Virus record (IMG/VR): IMGVR_UViG_3300046779_001453
Location: 1-28,745 of that record
Source of the DNA: a virus
Lineage: Duplodnaviria > Caudoviricetes
Direction: 5' to 3' (one strand)
DNA: 28,745 nt
Below, in pieces: positions 7,137 to 15,295 of the stretch. Each line of letters starts with the position of its first letter. Within the stretch, counting starts at the first letter, position 1. The notes below the pieces were generated by a model, which was not told where the DNA came from, searched no databases, and saw only the letters and a list, made by a program, of their open reading frames with translations. The position numbers and the translations under genes are program-made.

Positions 7137-8247
7137 CCCGCACCGCTTCCGCCTCTTCGTCGGCGGTCGTGGCAGTGGCAAGACCAGAGCCGGAGCGATT
7201 GAAGTGTTGCGCCAAAGCGCCGGCACGACATCGCTCATCATTGCGCCAACGTATCCCATGCTTCGCTTGGGCGCTATGGAAACGGTGCTTAGCCTTGTTG
7301 CACAGATGGGCATCGCTGTGGCGTGGAATAAATCAGACCTTGAGCTGAAGTTGATTGGTGACAGGCGCATCATTTTTCGCAGTGCTGACAACCCTGACCG
7401 TCTGCGTGGTGCCAACGTCGGATTCCTTTGGCTTGATGAGGCGGCGATGATGGACAGCGACATCTGGCCAACGGCGATTGCCACGCTCCGACATCAGCCG
7501 GGCAAAGCCATCGCAACGACAACGCCACGTGGCAAGAATTGGCTGTACGAACGCTGGCAACATGGCGGCGATGATTACAGCATCGTTGAATCATCGACGA
7601 CCGATAATCCGTATTTGCCCAGCCACTTTGTCGCCACGCTGAAAGAGTCGATGACATCGGAGATGTATCAGCAGGAAGTGCAGGGCAAATTCACCGACCC
7701 GATCGGGCAACTCTTCAAGCGCCAATGGTTCAGCACCGTTGACCGTGCGCCCGACGATTTGACGTGGTATCGCTACTGGGACCTTGCCACCTCCACCAAA
7801 ACCAGCGCCGACTACACCGCATCGGTCAAAGCGGCGCTTGGGCGTGATGGCGTGGTGTATCTCGATGCAGGCATTCACGTCAAAGCCGAGTGGCCTGATG
7901 TGCGGCGCATCATGCTGACGACATTTAAAGCCGAGCCTCGGGTACAGCACGGCATCGAAGAAGCATTGCATGGACTTGCTGCTGTGCAGGAACTTCGCCG
8001 AGACCCTGCGCTCGTTGGGCATACCATACGGGGTATCCGTGTGGACAAGGATAAGCAAAGCAGGGCCATGCCGTGGGCGGCGCGTGCCGAGGCGGGAGCA
8101 GTGCGCCTCGTTGCGGGGGAGTGGACAAAACAGTTTCTCGACGAAGTTGTCGCATTTCCCTCGGGACAGCACGACGACTACGTTGACGCCTCATCGGGCG
8201 CCATTGCGATGATGAGTAAGCCACGTATAGAATGGGGATTTGCATGA
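7021..8247 (+). CDS. terL: Terminase large subunit
   Basis: Walker A GGRGSGKT, Walker B WLDEAA, TTTPRG, nuclease YWDLA and HDDYVDA; start codon uncertain. Confidence 0.93.
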   Translation: MIHTPSITQVPPPTTPSTSPSLVVKHSRQTIPQQRFWNDPHRFRLFVGGRGSGKTRAGAIEVLRQSAGTTSLIIAPTYPMLRLGAMETVLSLVAQMGIAVAWNKSDLELKLIGDRRIIFRSADNPDRLRGANVGFLWLDEAAMMDSDIWPTAIATLRHQPGKAIATTTPRGKNWLYERWQHGGDDYSIVESSTTDNPYLPSHFVATLKESMTSEMYQQEVQGKFTDPIGQLFKRQWFSTVDRAPDDLTWYRYWDLATSTKTSADYTASVKAALGRDGVVYLDAGIHVKAEWPDVRRIMLTTFKAEPRVQHGIEEALHGLAAVQELRRDPALVGHTIRGIRVDKDKQSRAMPWAARAEAGAVRLVAGEWTKQFLDEVVAFPSGQHDDYVDASSGAIAMMSKPRIEWGFA

Positions 8248-10265
8248 ACCTATCACTACCGGCATGGTTCGACAGCCTGCGACGACAGGGACGCATCACG
8301 AATACCGCTGATGCCTACCTCGTCAGCCCATTGCTGTACCGTGCCACCAACCTGCGTGCCGATGCCATCAGCACCGTGCCGTATCGTATGTACTACAAAG
8401 GCGAGGAACAGCCGTGGCCATTTCTGCAACCACTGAGCTACCTCATCAAAGAGGCCGAGCGTGGCATGCTGATTACTGGCGGTGCGTACTGGTACAAAAT
8501 CTACAAAGGTCGGCGCCTTGTCGGCTTCGTGCCACTGAACCCCACGACGATGAATGTCCAGTTGCTCACCGATCGGGCGACGCTTGAAGACCCACTGCGA
8601 GGCGCTGCGTTTACCCAAGCCATCAACGGCAAGCAATATGGCCCGTGGACAATTGATGACGTCGTGTATTTCCGTGAGCAAAGCTACGTCGACGACATCG
8701 GGCCCGGCGTTGGCGCAGCGCACGTGGCATTGTCGTCCGCAAAGCTTGAGCATTATTTGAATCGCTTTGCGGCGGCGTTCTTCGAAGGTGGCGCACAGCC
8801 AGTCACCGTGATGAATTTGCCCGAAGGCATGGACGAAGCGGAGTTTCAGCGCTTCCGCACCGACATGAAAGCATCGGCAAGCGGTGGTGTCATCAATGCC
8901 TTCCGCATGATTTTCATGCGCAGTCCGGACATTAAGATTGAGCAACTCACCCCGCCACTCAATAGCATGGAAATGCCTCAACTGTATGAGCGTGTCGTAA
9001 CCTCAGTCGGTATGGCGTACGGCGTGCCCCGCACCATGCTCGAGGCGTCGGCGGCGAACTATGCGACGGCAGACAGCGACCGGCAAAGTTTCTGGCGTGA
9101 GACCGTGATACCACGCCTCAGCACCTACGAGTACACGCTGAACACCCAAGTGTTTGCACCGCTGGGATGGGAACTCAAGTTTGAGCCCGAAGCGCTCGAC
9201 GTCATGCAGAACGATGAATCGAGTCGCGCCGGATCACTGCTCCAACTTGTCCAAGCCGGTGTCCCACTCCGCTCGGCAATGATTATTCTCGGCTATGACA
9301 TGGTTGATGACCTCGTGCCACCACCGACGCCACCACCGACGAGCGATGCAGAGATTCAGCCCGTCGCTGATGACACGACGGTCGCTGAAGATGTTGACGG
9401 CACGGTGATCGACGAAGCCATCGCCACCAAGCGCAAAGCAGAGTTTGGATTACTGGCAAAAAAACTTGAGCGTCGCATCAAAGCCGGAAAGAGCATTGCG
9501 TGTTCTTTCGAGAGCGACGTGATTACGGCAGATGAGGTGAAGAGCGTTATGGACTGCATCGCTGACGGCATGACCGTCGACGAGGTGCATGAGGTAGTGA
9601 ACGCCATCAAGGCCATCGACGATTTAACGCCCGATGAAAAGCGCATCTACAACCGCATCGTCGACGCCATGGAGAAGCGAGGCGCCACATGGGCACGTCA
9701 GATTGTGCAGGGAAAAGACGTTGACCCGTCGCTCAAAGACGTGCTTGAACCAGTGATGATTACGGAGCTACAGACCACGATGTCCGGCCGTGTCGACCGC
9801 CTTGGCACGCAGTTCGGTATTGGCGTTGACCCAGCCGATGAGGGTGTCATCATCCAAGACTGGCTATCCGATTATATGCCGAGCTTTAACCGTGAGATTG
9901 ACAGCACGACACGCAAAGTGCTTGAGCGAGCCATTGCCACGTATCGCACTACGCCCGGCATGACCATCCAAGATTTAGCGAAGCTGATTGCACCGGCGTC
10001 CGGCAAAGCACGTGCATCGTCTATCGCCATCACCGAGACCACGCGCGCTGCATCACAGGCGACGGTCGAATATCAGAAATATCTTGGCGCCCGCGGCGTG
10101 CTGATGGAGCGCGTGTGGAATACCGATGCTGACGACCTCGTCTGCCCGATCTGCGCACCGCTCAATAACAAAAACGAGGATTTCTGGATTACTGACTATC
10201 CGCTTGGCCCACCGGCGCACGTCCGCTGTCGCTGTGATACCGGCCTTCGAGTGATACGGGAGTAG
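8244..10265 (+). CDS. Portal protein fused to a MuF/SPP1-gp7-like head morphogenesis domain
   Basis: Portal motifs (FFEGGAQP, YGVP...ANYATA) after TerL; C-terminal IAITETTRA, WNT..DDLVCPIC, PPAHVRCRC. Confidence 0.85.
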   Translation: MNLSLPAWFDSLRRQGRITNTADAYLVSPLLYRATNLRADAISTVPYRMYYKGEEQPWPFLQPLSYLIKEAERGMLITGGAYWYKIYKGRRLVGFVPLNPTTMNVQLLTDRATLEDPLRGAAFTQAINGKQYGPWTIDDVVYFREQSYVDDIGPGVGAAHVALSSAKLEHYLNRFAAAFFEGGAQPVTVMNLPEGMDEAEFQRFRTDMKASASGGVINAFRMIFMRSPDIKIEQLTPPLNSMEMPQLYERVVTSVGMAYGVPRTMLEASAANYATADSDRQSFWRETVIPRLSTYEYTLNTQVFAPLGWELKFEPEALDVMQNDESSRAGSLLQLVQAGVPLRSAMIILGYDMVDDLVPPPTPPPTSDAEIQPVADDTTVAEDVDGTVIDEAIATKRKAEFGLLAKKLERRIKAGKSIACSFESDVITADEVKSVMDCIADGMTVDEVHEVVNAIKAIDDLTPDEKRIYNRIVDAMEKRGATWARQIVQGKDVDPSLKDVLEPVMITELQTTMSGRVDRLGTQFGIGVDPADEGVIIQDWLSDYMPSFNREIDSTTRKVLERAIATYRTTPGMTIQDLAKLIAPASGKARASSIAITETTRAASQATVEYQKYLGARGVLMERVWNTDADDLVCPICAPLNNKNEDFWITDYPLGPPAHVRCRCDTGLRVIRE

Positions 10266-10267
10266 CC

Positions 10268-10732
10268 ATGGATGTGAGTATCAAAGTCCTCGCCGACGTC
10301 AACTTCGGAAAGTATCAGGACATGGTGCGTACTGTGCTATTGGCATACGGTCAAGCGGTCAAGCAAGAGATGATGGAAGACAAACCACGTCCACCATCGC
10401 AGGGGTCAATGCGCTACAAATCCGAGCGACAACGGCGCTTTGTCATGGCGATGATTAAGCAGGGCAAAATTAAAGTGCCGTATGTGCGTGGGCAGGGCGG
10501 CGGACTGAAAGGCAGTGAGACGCTCAATCGTAGTTTTCGTGTTGACCTCGAGGGTGACAGTGCCGTGCTGTACAGTGCTGCATCCTATGCGCCATATGTC
10601 ATCGGCGACCAGCAAGCGGAGATTCATCAAGGGCGCTGGAAAACGGCACTTGACGCAGCCGACATCGTCGCTCAGCGTGGCGACCTTGACAAGATAGTCA
10701 GCATGGCGCTGGAAGATTTGGAGAATGCGTAA
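10268..10732 (+). CDS. Putative virion morphogenesis protein (Mu gpG/HK97 gp10-like)
   Basis: TLNRS...SYAPYVIG motif; follows the MuF-like domain. Confidence 0.5.
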   Translation: MDVSIKVLADVNFGKYQDMVRTVLLAYGQAVKQEMMEDKPRPPSQGSMRYKSERQRRFVMAMIKQGKIKVPYVRGQGGGLKGSETLNRSFRVDLEGDSAVLYSAASYAPYVIGDQQAEIHQGRWKTALDAADIVAQRGDLDKIVSMALEDLENA

Positions 10733-13026
10733 TGCCATATCAAGTGATGGAGCAAGACGGTGAGTTCTGCGTGTTCAAAGAGGGCACAACAACACCACTC
10801 GAGTGCTACGACGATCGGGACGATGCCGAGGCCTACTTCACGGCACTGACCATCGCCACGGCCGACGAAGCCAAAGCCGAGACCGACACCCACACACCGC
10901 CCGAAGCCGTCGCCGACAATGCCCGCATGGCGCTTGAAGTTCGTTCAGAGAAGCCACCATCCCAGCAAGGTATGACGCTGGTGGGCCTTGCCCGGGCACG
11001 GCAGTTAGCAGAGCGCCGGCCGGTGTCAGTCGCAACGCTTCGGCGCATGGTCAGCTACTTCGAGCGTCATGAGGTGGACAAAGACGGCGCAACGTGGGAT
11101 GAGCAGGGAAAAGGCTGGCAAGCGTGGATGGGTTGGGGTGGTGACGAAGGCTGGGCATGGGCTCGGGCAATTTTGAATGAGGAGGATAGCATGGACGAAA
11201 CAAAGGCATCACGGCGTCACAGCGAAGCGGATATGAAGTTGATTCGCACTGCTCGTAAAGGTGCACACGCCATCATCGACATCATGGTACAACTCGGCGA
11301 CGACGGCGCCGACGATGCCGAGTCACAACGGGAAATGGAAGAGGGCATTGCGGACATTGTCGATGCCCTTGACAACACCCGTACTATGAAAGTAGAGGAG
11401 GGCGACCGCTTGAACACCGTCAAGACACTGCCACAAAACGTCAAGGCAATCGGCGACTACATGGTCAAGGGCAAAGGCATCGTGTTTGGTGGCTTTGACC
11501 TGACTGATGACCGCTTCACTGCCGACACCGACCTCGGCGGATCACGCCCATTCGAGGGAATGCCTGTGTTCTATGACCATGCCATGGGTGGCATCAAGTC
11601 ACAAATCGGCATGGTCAAAGCATGGATGCCCAGCGATGATGGCATTGATGTTGAGATTGAACTTGACCGCCGTCACAAGTACGCTGATGAGGTCATGAAA
11701 CTGGTTGAGTCCGGCGCACTTGGTTTATCAACCGGCGCCGTGTCACACCTCGTCGTTCGTGAGCCCGTCAAAGGTGGCTATGAAATCAAGCGTTGGCACG
11801 TCGCCGAAATCAGCTTGACGCCAACACCAGCAGAGCCCCGCACCATTACCGAAGTCAAGAGCCAAGAGGCGGACATGTCGAGCGATGCTGACATCACCGC
11901 AGTGCCTGACGATACAGACACCGTAGCAAACATCGACACCCCATCATCAGACATTGAGGAGACAAAGACCATGCCACATGGTATTGACGACGCTCGCCGA
12001 GACGAGCCACAACTCAAGGCAACCTTGCCTGCAGCCCCAGCCGACAACCCATTCGACAGCAACGAATACTACAACGCCTACAAGCGCTACATGGACGTCA
12101 AGAACCCCGTTGAGAAGAGCGAGGACTACGCCAGCGTATTTCAGACGCTTCGTAACGCAACCAAGGCATACGCTGTCAAGACGCAGACTGAAGGCACCAA
12201 CAACGACGGTGGTTTCACCGTGCCCGTTGCTGTCAACCGCGACGTGGTGGCCAAGCGTGACGACATGTCACTACTCGGCCAATTTAACTTCATGCGCTTG
12301 ACGACCGACACGTGGAAAGTTGTTGTTCCTGCACAGGGCAACAAGGCCACGCCAGCGATCGTCGCTGAAGGCGTCACCGCCACGCAGTCCGAGCCAAACA
12401 TCAGCAATTCACGCACGATTCAGCTCTACAAAGATACGATCGAGTTTGCCATCACTGAGGAGCTCCTCGCCGACACTGCCAGCAACTACGAGCAATTCTT
12501 GATGAACGAGATTGCTCGCGCCATGGCTGTCAGCGTGAATAACTTCATCATCACCGGCACTGGTAGTTCACAACCATACGGCATCTACGCCCGTGTCACC
12601 AACGACATCCCATTCGGTGCTACTAGCTTCACTAGCGCACAGCTCTTGAATGTTGCCGGTGGCATTAACGGGTCATACATCACCCCAGGGCAAACTGGTT
12701 GGGTGATGCGCAACGCCACATGGACTGCCGCCCGCACCCTCGACATCAGCAACGCTGGCTTGGTGCTGACTGGCTATGAGAACGGGCGCCGTGTGATTGA
12801 GTCGTACCCAGTGGCACTCAGCGAGTCAGTGCAGGCAATTGGCACGACCAACGAGTCGGTCATCTTCGGCAACTTCAATTACTACGCCTTCGCCGAGCGC
12901 ACCGCTGGCGTGCAGATGGAGCGTGACTACGACCCACGCACCGGCATCACCTACATGATCGCCAAGTGGCGCTTCGGTGGCGACGTCACCCAGCCTGAAG
13001 CATTCGCACTCGGCAAGCACGCCTAA
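10732..13026 (+). CDS. Head polyprotein: accessory domain + HK97-type prohead protease + major capsid protein
   Basis: Protease VFYDH, GLSTG, EISLTPTPAEPR (about 11410-11860); capsid GGFTVP, ITEELLAD, GTGSSQPYGI, VIFGNF..Y, RFGGDV (11971-13026). Confidence 0.88.
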   Translation: MPYQVMEQDGEFCVFKEGTTTPLECYDDRDDAEAYFTALTIATADEAKAETDTHTPPEAVADNARMALEVRSEKPPSQQGMTLVGLARARQLAERRPVSVATLRRMVSYFERHEVDKDGATWDEQGKGWQAWMGWGGDEGWAWARAILNEEDSMDETKASRRHSEADMKLIRTARKGAHAIIDIMVQLGDDGADDAESQREMEEGIADIVDALDNTRTMKVEEGDRLNTVKTLPQNVKAIGDYMVKGKGIVFGGFDLTDDRFTADTDLGGSRPFEGMPVFYDHAMGGIKSQIGMVKAWMPSDDGIDVEIELDRRHKYADEVMKLVESGALGLSTGAVSHLVVREPVKGGYEIKRWHVAEISLTPTPAEPRTITEVKSQEADMSSDADITAVPDDTDTVANIDTPSSDIEETKTMPHGIDDARRDEPQLKATLPAAPADNPFDSNEYYNAYKRYMDVKNPVEKSEDYASVFQTLRNATKAYAVKTQTEGTNNDGGFTVPVAVNRDVVAKRDDMSLLGQFNFMRLTTDTWKVVVPAQGNKATPAIVAEGVTATQSEPNISNSRTIQLYKDTIEFAITEELLADTASNYEQFLMNEIARAMAVSVNNFIITGTGSSQPYGIYARVTNDIPFGATSFTSAQLLNVAGGINGSYITPGQTGWVMRNATWTAARTLDISNAGLVLTGYENGRRVIESYPVALSESVQAIGTTNESVIFGNFNYYAFAERTAGVQMERDYDPRTGITYMIAKWRFGGDVTQPEAFALGKHA
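11369..11401 (+). promoter_or_regulatory. Short-spacer promoter-like motif, copy 3 (internal to head ORF)
   Basis: TTGACA-acacccg-TACTAT-GAAAGTAG-AGGAGG, followed by an in-frame TTG at 11410. Confidence 0.55.
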
Positions 13027-13032
13027 TGACGC

Positions 13033-13066
13033 TGCGGTGTACTGTCAGCAATGGCAGTACACCGCA
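13033..13066 (+). other. Stable hairpin after the capsid gene (mRNA stabiliser or attenuator)
   Basis: TGCGGTGTACTGTCA-GCAA-TGGCAGTACACCGCA; GNRA tetraloop; no U tract. Confidence 0.7.
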
Positions 13067-13081
13067 CCCACTGGAGATGCC

Positions 13082-13249
13082 ATGAAAGTACAGTTACTCA
13101 CCGCGCTTGCGCAGATGGTCAATGGTTTTATCGTTGTCCATGCGCCGGGCGATATTGTGGAGCTTGACGCAGCCGAAGCACAGGCGCTGATTGAGCAGGG
13201 CAGTGCGATGGCAGTGGATGAGCCGAAGCCGAAGAAAAAGGTGATTTAG
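13082..13249 (+). CDS. Small post-capsid protein
   Basis: GGAG SD; PGDIVELDAAEAQALIEQG resembles small proteins commonly found after capsid genes. Confidence 0.7.
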   Translation: MKVQLLTALAQMVNGFIVVHAPGDIVELDAAEAQALIEQGSAMAVDEPKPKKKVI

Positions 13250-13250
13250 C

Positions 13251-13871
13251 ATGGCGGCATACCTCGACCTGGCAGAAGTGAAAGCAGAACTCGGCATCAC
13301 CTCGACCAGTGACGATGCCGTGCTGACTGAAATCATCGACGATGTCACACGCGAGATTGAAACGCGAACCCACCGCCATTTCACGCTTGAGACATCGCAC
13401 GGTGGCGGGCCACCTGTCACAACCTTTGCACGCTACTTTACACCGTGGCTCCAGCTTGACGGCGGTGATCTGATTGACAGCTACACACTGGCTCTCGATA
13501 CCGATATGTTTGAGCTGGTGTCCATTACCAATGGCGACGGTACCGCCATCGCACTCAACAAAGTGGTCACCCTGCCAACGAATCGCCCACCACCGTACAA
13601 CTTTATTCGGATTAAGCGTGACGCCAATCTGATGTGGAGTGGCAGTGCGGAGGCTTCGATAATCGTGACGGCAAAGTGGGGGTATAGCGACCAAGTGCCC
13701 GCCGACATCCGGCGCGCCGCCATGATTATGACCCGTACATACTACCAGCAACGTGAGGGCAGTGCCGGACTCGGCGCACCCATCATCAGCGCTGACGGCG
13801 TCGTGATTCAGGCTGGGCAGACGATGTCGGACGCAATGCGCATCCTCAAAGCCTACATACGGAGGTCATAG
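13251..13871 (+). CDS. Head-tail adaptor (HK97 gp6-like)
   Basis: YLDLAEVKAELGI...DDAVL and WGY..VPADIRRA patterns; synteny. Confidence 0.8.
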   Translation: MAAYLDLAEVKAELGITSTSDDAVLTEIIDDVTREIETRTHRHFTLETSHGGGPPVTTFARYFTPWLQLDGGDLIDSYTLALDTDMFELVSITNGDGTAIALNKVVTLPTNRPPPYNFIRIKRDANLMWSGSAEASIIVTAKWGYSDQVPADIRRAAMIMTRTYYQQREGSAGLGAPIISADGVVIQAGQTMSDAMRILKAYIRRS

Positions 13872-13872
13872 T

Positions 13873-14319
13873 ATGAGCAGTCAGATTGACGCCATCTTAG
13901 ACGCCGTCGAGGCAATGTCCGTCAGCGGTGTGACCACAGTGTACCGAGGTGCCACGCTGAAAAACGGTGTTGAGAGCGCCGACTTACCAGCGCGCATCAT
14001 CAGTGCGATCGGCATGGCATCATCACGCACGACGGTGCAGACGCTCGGCGGTAGTGGTCACCTCATGCAAGCCGAGTGGACGATTACTGACGTGGCACTG
14101 ATTCGGGCGGCGGGCATGGGCATCGGACTTAAGGACGTTGCACCGGGACTTGAAACGTACATGGCGTCGTATCACAACAGCGCTCGGACGTTGCAGGGTT
14201 CCGCGTGGGCACTGACGGGGCTCGGTGTCCGTGCACAGGTGCTGGAATGGCCACAGGCATCGGGGCGATTTTATGACGTGGTCACGGCAACGCTGACCAT
14301 ACGAGAGATTATCCAATAG
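13873..14319 (+). CDS. Putative tail terminator/completion protein
   Basis: Size and position between the adaptor and major tail gene; GGAGG SD. Confidence 0.55.
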   Translation: MSSQIDAILDAVEAMSVSGVTTVYRGATLKNGVESADLPARIISAIGMASSRTTVQTLGGSGHLMQAEWTITDVALIRAAGMGIGLKDVAPGLETYMASYHNSARTLQGSAWALTGLGVRAQVLEWPQASGRFYDVVTATLTIREIIQ

Positions 14320-14329
14320 GAGGCATATC

Positions 14330-14770
14330 ATGGCACAGACCATAGGCGCCATTACCGGCTCAGCCGCCGCAGTGTGGCTCAAGGTCGCAGCGGGCTCATA
14401 CGTTGACCACAGCGGTACCGCACAGAGTGTCGACGCCGCCACGGCATCGCGCGTTAACGATTCGACCTTCACCTTCGACGGCGCTAACCCTATCATTCTG
14501 CTGGGCAAAGAGGAAGCCGTTGAAGTGACCGTCAATTTTCTCTACACTGAGATTGCGCTTGAGGCGTGGGAAATCGCCTATGCTGCATTCAAGGCTGGCG
14601 ACCTCGTGCAAGTCAAGTGGGAGCCGAAGGGCACCGCTGGCAAGCAATGTGAGACGATGGCCGGTGGCTACATCACATCGATTGACTTCCCTGCCGTCGA
14701 AGCATCAAGCGCTGGGCCGGTCGTTGCAAGCATCACCGTCATGGCGCCGGGCGTCACGTACACCACATAG
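14330..14770 (+). CDS. Major tail (tube) protein
   Basis: AGGAGG SD; beta-rich 146 aa; precedes the chaperone and tape measure genes. Confidence 0.7.
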   Translation: MAQTIGAITGSAAAVWLKVAAGSYVDHSGTAQSVDAATASRVNDSTFTFDGANPIILLGKEEAVEVTVNFLYTEIALEAWEIAYAAFKAGDLVQVKWEPKGTAGKQCETMAGGYITSIDFPAVEASSAGPVVASITVMAPGVTYTT

Positions 14771-14779
14771 TCCGGACAG

Positions 14780-14850
14780 TGCGGATCATGTGGGCATCCA
14801 CCGCATAGCCACCAGTACCGCTTGCGCGGGAGATGCCCACATGATCCGCA
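14780..14850. repeat. 19-bp perfect inverted repeat (long hairpin)
   Basis: TGCGGATCATGTGGGCATC (14780-14798) / GATGCCCACATGATCCGCA (14832-14850). Confidence 0.9.
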
Positions 14851-14876
14851 TGATTACATAGGAGATGCCCATCACT

Positions 14877-15095
14877 ATGACCACACCACAGTACACGGTT
14901 AATGCCGACAACCTGACCATCCGCGATGTCATCGCCATTCAAAACGCCGGTGGCGACATCAGCGCATTGATACCCATCTATGCCAAGTGCATTGAACTGC
15001 CGGAGGGCATGGATGTGCTTGACCTCCCTGCAAAGCATCTCAGGGCAATTGCCCAGGCCATTGTCAAAGAGATGACTGCCGACATGGGAAACTAA
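14877..15095 (+). CDS. Tail assembly chaperone (lambda gpG-like)
   Basis: Between MTP and TMP; ends in slippery G GGA AAC TAA; alternative start at 14865. Confidence 0.75.
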   Translation: MTTPQYTVNADNLTIRDVIAIQNAGGDISALIPIYAKCIELPEGMDVLDLPAKHLRAIAQAIVKEMTADMGN

Positions 15096-15295
15096 GAACG
15101 GCGGTGCTTGCCCACCTGTGGACACAGGAACCGGCACCGCTGGAGTACATAGAACTGCAGATGTGTCGCGACGTCTACCACTGCCCTCCGCAGTATCTGC
15201 CACCATGGAACGTCATCAGACAGCACATGGTGATGATACAGGTGGAGAACGAGGTAAGAGAGAAGCGACAGCAGAAAGCGAAGCGTAATGGCTGA
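15086..15295 (+). CDS. -1 frameshift extension of the tail chaperone (gpGT-like)
   Basis: GGGAAAC at 15086-15092; the -1 frame reads GKLRTAVLAHLW... and stays open to 15295. Confidence 0.78.
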   Translation, partial: GKLRTAVLAHLWTQEPAPLEYIELQMCRDVYHCPPQYLPPWNVIRQHMVMIQVENEVREKRQQKAKRNG

